The notes under the pieces are model-generated. The model did not search any database. It saw only the letters and a list, made by a program, of their open reading frames with translations, and was not told the DNA's origin. Positions 25,834 through 38,306 of a stretch of 64,000 nucleotides of DNA are shown piece by piece. The stretch covers positions 186,001-250,000 of the forward strand of contig NW_027271853.1 in assembly GCF_040938485.1 (NCBI RefSeq). Reading direction: 5' to 3'. Each line of letters opens with the position of its first letter. Position 1 is the stretch's first letter. Both the position numbers and the translations under genes were made by a program. The DNA comes from Diadema antillarum (taxonomy: Eukaryota).

Positions 25834-26350
25834 TGTGACGGAGGAATGACTGCTCGCAGACGTTGCAGTATGTTCACTAATAGCCTTTTATTCTCCCGAG
25901 CTTTCGACCGAGTTACCAGTCTTTTTCAAGGGCTTGGGACGTAAACACAAAAGCAGAAAAGCAACCAGTTTGCATACATTTGAACAGAATAAGGCAAAAA
26001 CAAGAAAGAGAAAAGAATATCAAAAGAAAATCAAACGGAACATAGACTGCATGCATGACATTCACTACAACGAAGCGGCAATATTATCACATACACTGGC
26101 AGTGAAAATAATGGAACAGTAGTAGCAGTATAGTATAAGCAATAACAGCGGTAATTATTGCAATGAAATCATTCGAAATACATGTACATAGACCAACATA
26201 GGTTAAAACACTCTGGTTACGTTTTAAGGCGTTGGGGTATGCCTGGTGTGTGTGGTGTCAGTGGGATGAGTTTGAGGGGTTCGCAAACGTAATGTGGGGG
26301 TAGTAAAGTGTGAGGGGTGTGACTGGGAGCAGTCATTCCTTCGTCACACC
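25832..26350 (-). mobile_element. 519-bp element with 24-bp terminal inverted repeats carrying a hammerhead motif (Penelope-like derivative or MITE)
   Basis: GGTGTGACGGAGGAATGACTGCTC at 25832 versus GAGCAGTCATTCCTTCGTCACACC ending 26350 (1 mismatch); TA on both sides. Confidence 0.7.
25895..25932 (-). ncRNA. Minimal type-I hammerhead ribozyme candidate (U3-A8 core variant)
   Basis: Minus strand CCC-TTGAAAA-A-GACTGG(TAAC)TCGGTC-GAA-AGCT-C-GGG: 3-bp stem I, 6-bp stem II, palindromic stem III, CUC cleavage triplet; AATAAA 3 nt downstream. Confidence 0.65.
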
Positions 26351-27945
26351 TACACATAAGATAATGTAGCACCCACAACGCACGAGGCCATGCCCGCATA
26401 ATAGTCATCTACTTGAGTTTGACATGGAAAAAAAAATAGTAACCATTTTGATATCAATCTGCTGAAGAACCACTTTAAATTCCACAAATCTATACATGGC
26501 ACTACAAATTTATGCACTTCATGATGTGAAATTATGAAAATCGTTTCGTTTCCTCCTGTAAAACTGGACATGCACTTAGCGCCGTTTATCAAATAGTGTC
26601 TTCTTTGGTTTGCGCATGCGCATCTTGCTACATGACTTTTAAGTCTACATCTATTTTTTTATTTTAATTTTAATTTTCAAACATTTATAGTTCAATTTAT
26701 TTTGCTTTGTTGTTAAACTTAGGCAAGGCGTATTAGTCTGGTGAACAGTATCAGCTGAACGTTCTCTACTACACACATGTTTCTTATCTCATTCGTTATT
26801 GCGTCAAATTTTGAATTGATCAGTTTTATTGCTATCTTTGTTCATATCGGTTTATACTCGTTTTATAGAGCCATGCCATGGTCATTGATAGCTTTGCATA
26901 TTTTACAACTTACACATATTTAGATATTGTCGTATCATCACTTTCCAAGCAATAAGTCTTGCTTTATGATATCATAATCCATGCATCTTCTCTCGTGCAA
27001 GCAATCGCTGAGTTATCTTAAAAGAAAAGTCCATCTAAAATGGTGAGCTAAAGCAAACATATTATGATCAATTTTACCCATTGAACAAGCTATGTTCGAC
27101 GAACAAAATGTTACTTCGAGTTCACCACATCAAAGGCAGCAATTTTCGAATCGTCCCCTTTCCTTCGTTAAGTAATGAAATGTAGCTTATCCAAAGACAT
27201 TGTTCGAATAATAATCTAGTTTGAAGCATGTTTATTAAACGCATGTGACCTTCTTATCATTTTGTTTACCAGGTTTTGTTCTGAGTTTTGCGCTTTTTGT
27301 GATTAATAACGTCCTCGTTTATGAGTGCAAATGGACGTTTTTCCCGAGCAGTTGAAACACAGCTCATGGTTTAAAATAGAAACGATCTTACCGTACTAGC
27401 CTATTAACGTTACTGAGGAACTTTTGCAAACACGACGCTACCGCCAGTTGAGGGTGCCAAGTGCAAAATTTGCTTCTGCGCATGCTCAAATCCGAAAAAG
27501 CTCCTGTCCTGGGGAAAACGAGAAAGGTTTTCGGCCAAAATAGCATGTCAGTGGTCCGGTCCCGATGCGAAACTGCTATAACATCGGCTAAGAAATGGGG
27601 ATGGGAGTCCGAGTGTGGGGACCATAACAGCTGATTGCTTCCGCGTCCTTTCGGTCTTCCCGTCGTGAAGCGAAATTTTATTATTGTCGTCATTAAATCC
27701 GCAATTTTCGTTTTCTATCGCACTGTTCAGTATAAGCTAGGAGTTATCATCGTAACTCTTTGGAACAAGCGTATTAATTCGCGTAGGCCTATTGTGCAGA
27801 CATGGAATCACTGAACACACTTGTAGACTATCTAAGTTGGTAAAATATTGTTCCACGATATTGATATTGTGTTTATCATCGTATTTGTCATTATCTTACC
27901 CTTGAATTGTTCTGTCAGTTAGCTAAATATAATGGATGCCTTCAG

Positions 27946-28910
27946 TCATAAAATTAAGGCTATAAGACTTCTTCTGAGATCATTGAAAGCCTCTCGAAAC
28001 AAACGATCCCTGTAGCCGTAGATGAGCGGATTGACGGCCGAATTTATGCCCAGACTGATGATGTTGACATGGGCAAGAACGGATGATAGACTATAATCGT
28101 TCAATGGCGATAATTCGATACCGAACGAAATTTGGGTAGGCAGAAAACAGACAATAAAGATAAAGACTATAATGCAGATTGTTTGGGTCCCTTTCAAGTT
28201 CTTGATCGATATCTCATGGTTTCCCCGATTTCTCCCGAAATCTTCGTTTCCCTGGTAGATCATGCGGGACTGTTTGAAAGCGATTCGGAGTATCCGCATA
28301 TTGAAACCAGTCAACATGAAGAACACCAGCGAGCTGCCTGCAAGCACGCTCAGATTGACGGCCCACAATAAGGGATCCTCAAAGTATCCCGTGGGGCACT
28401 TCATAGTTATCACATTGGCATTTTTGGACACGAGCAAATAAGATCGTGTTAAAAAGAAAGCGCTGCATGCCATCCAGGTGAAGACTATCACAATCCGGAC
28501 GCGTTCGATGGTCACCGTAGAGACGTAGTGCAGTGGTCTTGTAATGGCAATATACCTGTCGGTCGTGATTGTGAATATTTGGAAAAAAGATACAGCGCTG
28601 AGGACAGTGAATGGCGTTGCAAATGATATTGTAGAAGAAGAATCACAACGGGTATTTTTTGAGAAGTTGAAATACATATATAAAGGAATACCGATAAAAC
28701 CGGTGAAGAAATCGGCAACAGCAAGACTTGCAATGATGAGGATGTTGGTGTCCGCAGATGATGGTACTTGTAAACTGCACATACCACCAAGCCGTTTCCA
28801 GCAATGGTGCAAATTAATATTGGTACCATACACGTCAAAAATAAAGCGGTGCTCAGTGTGGTAACGGACACGTTGTTGACCGAGCTGGTTAACTTATCTG
28901 TTGCATTCAT
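27946..28910 (-). pseudogene. Class A GPCR type B, unit 1, frameshifted by a 1-bp deletion
   Basis: GATGAGGATGTT at 28735-28746 versus GATGAGGTATGTT in the unit-2 copy; 965 bp versus 966 expected. Confidence 0.88.
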
Positions 28911-30421
28911 TTCGTCACTCCTGGCCCAGGCAGGATACAGTATTATGCCTCCCGTAACAAGCCTTTTCACGTGATCAAATGATTCAAAAGTCAAATGAAG
29001 CTATGATACACAAAGCAATTAAAATATTGAATTCAGTCATAATCAATAGATTAGCTGCACGACTCTGTTTCATATCAACTTCAGTTTATGAGAACAAAGC
29101 TGTACTGCGGTAGAAATGAATAGATACAGTACAGGGTCTTCTCGCGGACGTGCAAGCTAAATGCGCTGTAAAACTTATTAGTATAGTTTGATATGGAGAG
29201 TGTTTGGAGGTGTTGGTAATGGCAGATACGGCATATCGTTACAGTCATCTGATTGCTATGGGTATGTCAATCACGTACACTAATGAAAACATAACCTCAT
29301 CCCTTGGCATTGCTTGGCGGAGGTAATTAATATGCTGACATTAATCATGATTCTGTCGCTTAACTCTGGTCATAACGACCTCAAAATTGAAAAAGTAAAT
29401 CCCAATCAATCACCGTCCTTGTTGTCACCAAAACAACTTCATAACAATCATAATAACCGTTAATTTCATGAACGAAATTTGCTCTCTTTGTTACTACATC
29501 GTCGATGGGATCAAGCAAGCAAGAATAATTAACATGATATGAGACCAAAGACAAGCTTAAGCGAGTCCAAAAAATCCAAAACTTTTCGACTAAGACAAAT
29601 AGACACTTAAAAGCTGTTATTGGAAAGGGAAGTGACGACAGAGGAAATTATTTTTTGATTGAAGAAAAACATAGATTATATCTCAAAATGAAAGTCTAGT
29701 TTGTGAGTTTTTATCTTTGCAATATCAGTGATTGATGAAACGTCAAACACCTTAATACAGACATCCCACGGTCCCAAAATAGAGCACAGATGGACACACA
29801 ATAAAGGAAATGTTCAAATTCGGCTCTGATCGTATTTATTCGTGTGGGGCATGTTAAACCATCGTATATGCCGATGGTGTTTCTCATAGTTCAGCAGCAA
29901 CTTCGTGAGCGGCATCTAAATCTATGAGAAGGCAAAATATCCCGATGGTTCCGCAAAGGTTCATTTTACATCTTTGTGTAGCCCTCCAGTGCGGATGTTG
30001 TCATGGTGTTACCTGCTGTAAGCATCATGCCTGCTTCGGCTGTAAATTGGCTTTTAACTTCGATCGAGGCTAACGTCGTGCGGGAGTGAAAACTTCTATA
30101 TTCTTCTTGAAACCTTGCGTTAATTTCAGAAAAAAGAAAGAAAGAATAAGAACGACTCTGCCGGAGTTCTCGTTTTAATCGAACTGCTATCATAATGCTT
30201 GCATGCCGGTATGTTTTGATAATTCAGTGACTTACTAATCTATGTAGGCACGCAACCGTAGAACCATAATTATAGCCACTTCTTTACCAAGCAGTGTATG
30301 CATAGTAGCAAAAAAAAAAAAATCAAAATCAAAATCAGTATGATGTTGTAACAAAGACAAATACTGCGAACTGACCGTCATCTTTGGTCAGTCAGTGTAT
30401 TGATCTAACGGCGGAATTCAG

Positions 30422-31378
30422 TCATAAAATCAAGGCTGTAAGGCGTCTTCTGAGATCACTTAATTTTTCGCGAAACAGGCGATCCCTGTAGCCGTAGATG
30501 AGCGGATTCACAGCCGAGCTTACGCCCAAACTGATGAGGAGGACTTGGGCAAGAACAGGTTGATGATACTCACTCACTAGTCTTAAACCCACGGGTATTT
30601 GCGAGGGGACACAGCACATCACGCAGATGAAAACGACTATGGAGATTGTTTGGGCCGCTTTGAAATTCTTAATCAATAATTCACGGTTCTCTCGATTTCT
30701 TCCGAAGGCTTCGTTTGCCCGAAATATCACTCTGGACTGTTTGAAAACGATATGTAATATACGGACGTTGATAGCAGCCACGGTGAAAAGAGCAATGCTT
30801 AGGATTATTAGCGTGCACAGATCCAGGGCCCGCAAGAAGGGGTCCTGAAAGTATCTTCCGGGGCACTTAATACTAATCATCGCAGCGATTTTGGAAACAT
30901 GCACGAAATAGTAATATGTTAGAATATAAGCACCGAGTAGTATCCATGAGAATACAATCACAACTTGGACTCGCTTAGTGGTCACTAAGGTGGTGTAGCG
31001 CAGTGATTTGGTAACAGCAATATACCGGTCAATCGAGACAAGGGTTATATGAAAAACAGACACAGCAGTGACCATCATTAATGGTGCAGTAAATACAAGC
31101 TCTTCGAAGGAGTCACAACGCGTAGTACTTGAGAGGTTGAAATAAAGATACAGAGGGATAGCGACAAGTCCATTGAAGAAATCGGCCACAGCAAGACTTG
31201 CAATGATGAAGTATGTTGGTGTCCATAAACGATGGTATCTGTAAACTGCAAATACCACCAAGCCGTTTCCAACAACGCTACAAGCTACCACTGGTATTAA
31301 ACAAGTCAAGAGCAAAGCAGTGTTCAGCGGAGTAATTGCCGTAATGTTGACTGGTCTTGTATGTACTGAATCCATCAT
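30422..31378 (-). CDS. Class A GPCR type C, unit 1 (318 aa; an in-frame upstream ATG at 31393 would add 5 aa)
   Basis: 7-TM ORF with LWTPTY, LAVAD, DRY, KAAQT, CCVP, NPLIY. Confidence 0.95.
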   Translation of the reverse strand: MMDSVHTRPVNITAITPLNTALLLTCLIPVVACSVVGNGLVVFAVYRYHRLWTPTYFIIASLAVADFFNGLVAIPLYLYFNLSSTTRCDSFEELVFTAPLMMVTAVSVFHITLVSIDRYIAVTKSLRYTTLVTTKRVQVVIVFSWILLGAYILTYYYFVHVSKIAAMISIKCPGRYFQDPFLRALDLCTLIILSIALFTVAAINVRILHIVFKQSRVIFRANEAFGRNRENRELLIKNFKAAQTISIVVFICVMCCVPSQIPVGLRLVSEYHQPVLAQVLLISLGVSSAVNPLIYGYRDRLFREKLSDLRRRLTALIL

Positions 31379-31615
31379 GATATCTTCAAACATTCAAATG
31401 TGCACGACTTCTGTAGTGAGCCTATCCACAAGATCAAGAGATCCAATGGTCGAGTGAACTAAAAGGAATGTCCATGGCGCAACTGGTATCATAGATTAAC
31501 CGCTCAATTTTGCTCTTTATTAACCTCGGTTCATGTGCGCAAAACTCTCCGTAACAGTAATGAATACGATTTAATTGGTTGTCGGCGTTTACATCTTTGA
31601 AGTGGAAAAGTAATA

Positions 31616-32078
31616 CCCCTTTCAGGTAATCGCGGTTCAATTATCCGCATCCAAATAATGCGGATGAAGTAATCAAAATCGCGTTTATATATCCCATGAA
31701 GTGCGCACTACTTTTACGAGCGCCCGTTCATATAACGGTGCGAAAGACGGGAATATTTGTTATGGTTACTGCGCACGCCTCTATAATGACGTAATGTTTC
31801 CGGTGATATATACTCACGTGTATGCACAGCTCTCGCTCAAGCTCAGCAATCAGCGGTTTTGCGGGAAATCGAGTGACCTTTGACCGTTCTGTGGAATGTT
31901 AGTGCGCATAAGTCGTAAAACGCGTTCATGTATTCTCGATCAACTCCTCATGCTGTAATAATGCGCATAATAGCAGCATCAAAAGAATGCGCACTTTTTT
32001 ACTCCTCTCCCGTTCATGTCATCAAAATTTTACGACTTATCGCTCCTATTATCCGCATCCACGATTACCTGAAAGGCG
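31616..32078. mobile_element. 463-bp MITE with 17-bp TIRs, TA-flanked
   Basis: CCCCTTTCAGGTAATCG ... CGATTACCTGAAAGGCG (16/17 match); absent at the equivalent sites near 48870 and 62120. Confidence 0.85.
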
Positions 32079-32163
32079 TATTAGTTAAGAGGGATGCTGT
32101 GTGATTTTAGCAACTTCAATCAACAAAATGCTTCAACATGTCACTCATGTTCTCCCATCTTAA

Positions 32164-32735
32164 AGGACAAGTTCACCTTCATAAACATAAGGATTGAGAG
32201 AATGTAGCAATATTAGTAGAACACATCATTGAAAGTTTGAGGAAAATCAGACAATCCATTCAAAAGTTATGAATTTTTGAAGTTTTTGTGCAGTACCCGC
32301 TGGATGAGAAGACTACTGCAGTGTATGAATAACTTAGATGTCACATGCGTACAACAGTATATAAGGAAAATATAAAGAGAATTTCACAAAATTCCATCTT
32401 TTGAAAAAAGTACACATTCCCCTGACTCGTTACCGACAAATGTTATGGGTAATATTATTCCCCCTGCCTTTAGAAAGAGGCAAGTCAAGTGCACTTTTAT
32501 TATGCCAAAAAAAGTGAAAATATGTTGAATTTTCTTTTACATTTTCTTTATACTGTTGTACGCATATGACTCACAAGCTGTAGTAGTCTCCTCATCCAGC
32601 GGTTCCAACACAAAAATTTTAAAAATTCATAACTTTTGCATCGATTGTCCAATTTTCCTCAAACTTTCACTGATGTGTTCTACTAATATTGTTGCATTTT
32701 CTCAATCCTTATGTTTATGAAGGTGAACTTGTCCT
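32164..32735. mobile_element. 572-bp Kolobok-like MITE, TTAA TSD
   Basis: AGGACAAGTTCACCTTCATAAACATAAGGATTGAGA perfect TIR with long imperfect extension; TTAA on both sides; single TTAA at empty sites near 48955 and 62206. Confidence 0.88.
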
Positions 32736-32837
32736 TTAATATTCTGACGTCAATCACCTGTCTGTAGGTTAATGCTCACATCAGATTTATAACTAACAAA
32801 TGCTAAATTCAAATCAGTTTTCTTGTTAGTTACAATT

Positions 32838-33863
32838 CTCGCTATCGCCAATGACGTAAAAAGTACCCGGATGTTGATTTAAGCGTCATTTACGGTGCAT
32901 TATGGGATAGTCCGGTAGCAAAGTCACTTCCGTTCGCACGCGCGTGATACGTGACTAATGCTATTTACGTACACAACCGACTGTATTCTACGTGTACTTC
33001 CGGTTTTCTCGACTTGAATTACAGCTTTAATATGATTTGAAATTTCTCCATTCTTAAGAAATTGCTGTTAATACGACTATTGGTTGTTGCTGCGAAGCTG
33101 CCATGTGTTGTTCGCACGACAATAAATGAAAAAAATCTGCAGAAATAGGACCCTTACTGGCATGCGAGACGTGACGTGGCCGCGTGGGTGAAGTTTGCGG
33201 GTGACTCCACAGCGCAGTACGTGCACGCGCGACTTACTAGTAGTGGTAGTATTATAATATTATAGTAGCACTAGGTACTCAGTAGTAGGCCTAGTGCCTA
33301 CGTACATTGTACGTACTTACTTGGAAGAAATTGCTTCGGAGACAGGATAAGTTCGAGATCACTGTTCGTTCCCGATTGTGTTCGCGACATTTCGACAGAG
33401 AACAAAAAAAAGAAAAGAAAAAAGAAAAAGATGGGCATTCCATGACGATATACTGTATATCCAGGTGGGTGAATATTTTCCAGCATATTTTCAGCGTGTG
33501 CAGAGATGACTGATCTGTGATGTGCACATCGATCGCATGATCAAGCAGTACGCCGTACCGGTATGTGTTATGTAATTAGCTTATGCGCTGCGTGCAGTAG
33601 TGCATGCTAATGCAAGGCCGGCCGCCGGCGGGGACTACAGTGTACGAGTATGACAGGCCTGGCCACTCGCTGGCTCGGGCGGTACAGCGGCCTACTGTAC
33701 TAGTATCCGTGGTCGGCGCTGCGCTATAGGTAAGGTACACGTACGCGCACGCTAGCGTTGTGCAAATTATGCCCCGCGCCGGAAGTGCCCTTGCTACCAA
33801 ATGCACTAAATCTTGACGAAAAAACCACATCCGGGTACTTTTTACGTCATTGGCGATAGCGAG
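32838..33863. mobile_element. 1026-bp non-autonomous DNA transposon with 37-bp perfect TIRs and AATT TSD
   Basis: CTCGCTATCGCCAATGACGTAAAAAGTACCCGGATGT at both ends in inverted orientation; AATT at 32834-32837 and 33864-33867; empty site ACAATTCC at 62302-62309. Confidence 0.9.
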
Positions 33864-34358
33864 AATTCCATTTACATGTCCTGAGAAAAGTTGCTTCACG
33901 AACACTATCCACCTTCTTAAGGATTATGTAGAAAAGTGGAACGGGGAAGTGGAATGCATTGACGAAATATATGTGTGTAAACTACTTGCGAATTCCAAGT
34001 TTCGATGATAAAAAGCAATTTCAAGAAAATTTTGTCGCTAGTAAACACGCTTTCCAACGAAGAGAGACTTAGGAGCATTATGCTCTTCTTTTTAATTTGG
34101 CTCTTCAGAGCGATTAAAATGAGATTTTGAAAGGTGTAAGCACCAATGAACAATATAAAGTCCCGTCTTTACACACCCGGATGTTCGGCGGCGAAGATTT
34201 ACCCATTTTTATGTAAGTACAAACAGCCCCTAATTCGATATTGATACACGGGCGGGGCTTAATGTATTGGCCTCGTGGGTCTTGTTTGATTAGTGTCGAA
34301 CTCATGGGCTGTATAATTCACGGGCTGTATGATTCATGGGCTGTATGACTTGTGGGTG

Positions 34359-34895
34359 CACTGCAAAAAGGCCGGTATTAAATATGAAACACCGAGCTCG
34401 TGTTAAATTTCCGGTGCTCATTCATGGTGTTAGATTAACACCTCCGGGTGTCATTTCAAAATTTAAAATTGTTTTTTTTTAATAGTTTCTTAGTTACTGC
34501 GCTTCTTGTTAATTTTGAACTTCAACAAGACGATAGAGAATTTTCTGATAAAGAACTTGATTTTTTTAAAAAAATCTGTAAATACATTTACACCACAGTA
34601 ACACCAGTTGGTGTGGTCCCCTATTGAAGCTGGACGGGTGTTATACCATTGAAATTAACACCATTAATATCAAATCAACACCATGCAGTGTCATTATTGA
34701 ATTAGCTCTAGCGCAGCGTCAAAAATATCACCAGCCGCACAGTGTCAAATTAACACTACGAAGTGCTAGGCGCACACTTTTTAACACCGTCACAATACAT
34801 TTTCTACACCTGTGGGTGTGGTCCTCTATTGAAGTTTGATCGGTGTTAGATTCAACACCCATGGTGTTAAATCTAACACCGATGTTTTTACAGTG
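34359..34895. mobile_element. CACTG-ended EnSpm-like MITE, TSD TG, nested in another repeat
   Basis: CACTGCAAAAA...TTTTTACAGTG flanked by TG/TG; uninterrupted host-like sequence GGGTGTCGG at about 19097. Confidence 0.85.
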
Positions 34896-35875
34896 TGTCA
34901 GTTTCATGACGTGCACCCGTTTCAAATAGCAGCAACAGCTATTAGTGAAGACAACGCTCACAGAAGCATCAAACTTTTGATGTTTCTTTTCATTACAAAC
35001 TCGGTTTGGAATTTCATAACTATACTTAGGTAAAAGCATAGAGAAAGTATATGAACGCATAAAATTAAGAAAATGACTATCCGAATGCTCTGAAGGCATC
35101 ATTTTCTTTCTTTTTGTCAATGGCGTCTGTCAAGGTGTACTGATGTTTGTTGCATACTGTAAATATACTTTTACTACTCAGAAACCTTTATTCAGGGTTG
35201 TCATAACATGATATCCCTCTTGTCTTCACATGGTAATGCTTATGTCGTCAGTATGTTTTATCTGAAGGCATAATTGATGTGTTCTGGAGCCAACTATGAT
35301 ACTTGAATTACCTTCAGCACATTTGATTTTACTCAGGATTGGATGTCTGAATAATGACAATTACTCTGTGAGGGGACATTTTACCGGGAGCACCTAATGT
35401 ACGTTAGTGTGTGTGTTTGTGTGTATGGTTGGAAGGTATGCATGTGTATGTATTCATATACAAAATCATATCAAGGCTCGATCGATATTTTTTTGTAGTA
35501 GATAGTCTTCTGGAATCCATGGCTAATTGTGGGTAGGTCGATGGAGCTGCACACTGGCTTTGATATTCAGTTGGCATGGTAGGCGTATACATTTATTGTA
35601 TTCATTCACTGTATCTACCAAATGGTGTATCTACCAAATGTTTCTAAACACACAGTTTACGGGAAACATAATTTAGATAAATTATGTTTCCCGTAAACTG
35701 TGTGCTTAGAAACATCCGAAAAGAGTTCACAAAATGTATAATAAATACATTGTATTATCACCATCATTTCATATTTAGACAAAGCATTCAAATTCAGTCA
35801 GGAAATAAGCATCACGTTATGTCTCACGCCTCAGGGACCTTTTTAAAGTTCACGTGCCTGTCAAGATTGTTCTCA

Positions 35876-36003
35876 NNNNNNNNNNNNNNNNNNNNNNNNN
35901 NNNNNNNNNNNNNNNNNNNNNNNNNNNNNNNNNNNNNNNNNNNNNNNNNNNNNNNNNNNNNNNNNNNNNNNNNNNNNNNNNNNNNNNNNNNNNNNNNNNN
36001 NNN
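35876..36003. other. Assembly gap (128 N)
   Basis: Run of N; the paralogous position near 49518-49642 contains a (CA)n tract. Confidence 1.
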
Positions 36004-37048
36004 ACCAAACGAGTCACATTTAAAGACAATATTTATTTTCTTTTCTGTCAGAATTAGCCAAAAGCATTTCATTTAGCATGCGCCAGACCGCATGATTTAC
36101 AGCTTGAAAATGCTAAAGCGCTGACAAGCCCCAAAATCTCACGCCCCAAAATCTCACGCCCCAAAATCTCACGCCTGCTTTTTAGCTGCATGATGCTGCT
36201 CTATGGCTTTGATATCTATGTCAGCATGAATTAATGCAATCGACAGGAAAGCTCGATGAAGTAGATTTCTTATCGGAAATACAGTATGTCCCCCCCCCCA
36301 GCAAATTTTTTTGTCTAAATGCTACTTAAGGTTCTTAGAATACAACATCTCAGCTCTATGTTGCAGAAAACCTCATTCAATTTGGTTAAGCAGTCACAGA
36401 GAAATGTGGAATGTTGTAAAGTATGTCATGAGTCTTATTCCTCCAAGTTTAGCACTTCGATACTTTTGTGTGAATACAATAGACAGAACTTGGAGGGAAA
36501 AGATTCTTGACATCCTCTACAAAGTTTCATACCCTGAATTTGTATTTGGATCAACTGACTATCGTTAAAGATATCATTGCTGAGGGTCTCGTTCTAATTT
36601 TCCTTTTCATAAACTATAAATACAAACTTCAATCCTGAGTCATTTACAGGTGTTACCTATGAAGTTGTTTTATAAATACTACATTTCTATGTAGAAGCAG
36701 TCACCAATAATTCGCTATACAATACATTACTAATACTTATGGTCACTGAATAATACCCGACAGCTAAATATTCGTTTGCACAAATGTACATAATTCAATG
36801 AAATAATGTGTTATGCATGGGATTGCAATCATTGGATGACATTAGTAATGTATAAATCAACCCTAAGAAAGTACAGGAAAAAAAATCAGTGAACAATCGG
36901 CACGAAATGTTTCTTTGAATGACCAACAAGTGAAATAAGCTGCTGAAAGCGGAAACTATGCATATCATTAAAATCATATACTAAACAGGCACAGATCCAC
37001 TTCCATCGATTTCACGTCCTAAGTTTTATTCCAAGGTATTGATATATA

Positions 37049-37099
<51 letters not shown>

Positions 37100-37130
37100 C
37101 GGGGGAGGGATGAGGGGTTATCTTAATCAG

Positions 37131-38093
37131 TTATGATATAAATGACACAAAACGGCTTCTGAGATCACTAAATGCCTCTCGAAACAATCGATCCCTGTAG
37201 CCATAGATGACCGGATTAACAACAGAATTTATGCACACACTGATGATGCCAACTTGGGCAAGAGCGGATTGATGATAGCCATTCAATTGCGATAGTTCGA
37301 TACCCATCTGTATTTCATTTGGGATACAACACACAACAAAGATGAAAACAATCATTGAAAATGTTTGCGCCGCTTTGAAATTCTTGATCATTACTTTGCG
37401 ATTACCACGATTCTTTCCAAAAGCATCGTTCACCTGAAATATAACGCGGGACTGTTTGAAAGCAATTTGTAAAATACGCGTGTTGATACCCGTCAACGTA
37501 AGGTGTAAAAGAATCATACTAACGAGCAAACTCAGATTCATGACCCACAAATTGGGGTCAGCAACGTGTTTTCCCGCCGGGCACTTAATAGTTATCACTT
37601 TTGCGTCTTTGGCCGCGAGCAAGTAAGATCGGGTTAGGAAGAACGCGCTTTGTATAATGCACGTGCATGCGAGCACGCATTGGACGCGCTTGGTAGTCAC
37701 TATGGTGGCATAGCGCAGTGGTCTAGTGATAGCGATGTAGCGATCGGCAGAGACTGCGATTATCTGGACAAAAGACACGCCGCTTAAGATCATTATTGGT
37801 GCTGTGAAGAAAATCCAAGCAAAGGAGTCACAACTTGTAGTAGTGGAGAGGTTGAAATAAAGATACAAGGGAATGCCGATCAATCCGATAAGGAAATCGG
37901 ACATAGCAAGGCTCGCAATGATGAGGTATGTTGGAGTCCGCAAATGATGGTATCTGTAAACTGCAAATACCACCAAGCCGTTTCCAACAATGTTGCCAAC
38001 TATCAGTGGCAACAAGCAAATCAAGAGCAAGGCAGTATTTAGTGGGGTAAGTACAGCGCTGTTTGCCTGTGTAGTGTCTGCTTCATCCGCCAT
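37131..38093 (-). CDS. Class A GPCR type A, unit 2 (320 aa)
   Basis: 7-TM ORF from ATG 38093 (ORF-track start 38129 is TTG); a CCG duplication near 37574-37579 adds one residue in ECL2 (KCPAGK). Confidence 0.95.
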   Translation of the reverse strand: MADEADTTQANSAVLTPLNTALLLICLLPLIVGNIVGNGLVVFAVYRYHHLRTPTYLIIASLAMSDFLIGLIGIPLYLYFNLSTTTSCDSFAWIFFTAPIMILSGVSFVQIIAVSADRYIAITRPLRYATIVTTKRVQCVLACTCIIQSAFFLTRSYLLAAKDAKVITIKCPAGKHVADPNLWVMNLSLLVSMILLHLTLTGINTRILQIAFKQSRVIFQVNDAFGKNRGNRKVMIKNFKAAQTFSMIVFIFVVCCIPNEIQMGIELSQLNGYHQSALAQVGIISVCINSVVNPVIYGYRDRLFREAFSDLRSRFVSFIS

Positions 38094-38270
38094 ATCGTCA
38101 CTTTGAAAAAGGTAAAACACGAGGTACAACTTCAGTTAAGTCTTTCAACAAGATCCAGATTCGATGGTCACCCGCACTGAAAGCGATCTGTCGCGCAACC
38201 TAGCTTAGCAGCAATATCTTCTTTTCATTAACTCGAGTTCATGTGCACACATCTCTCCGTATATAGGTGG

Positions 38271-38306
38271 GAATGAATACGTTTGCCTAGTGCGGTAGCC
38301 TTTATA
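38271..38306 (-). promoter_or_regulatory. Putative TATA box plus initiator for the unit-2 type A receptor
   Basis: Minus strand TATAAAG starting at 38306 and TCATTC with A+1 at 38274 (TATA at -32). Confidence 0.55.
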
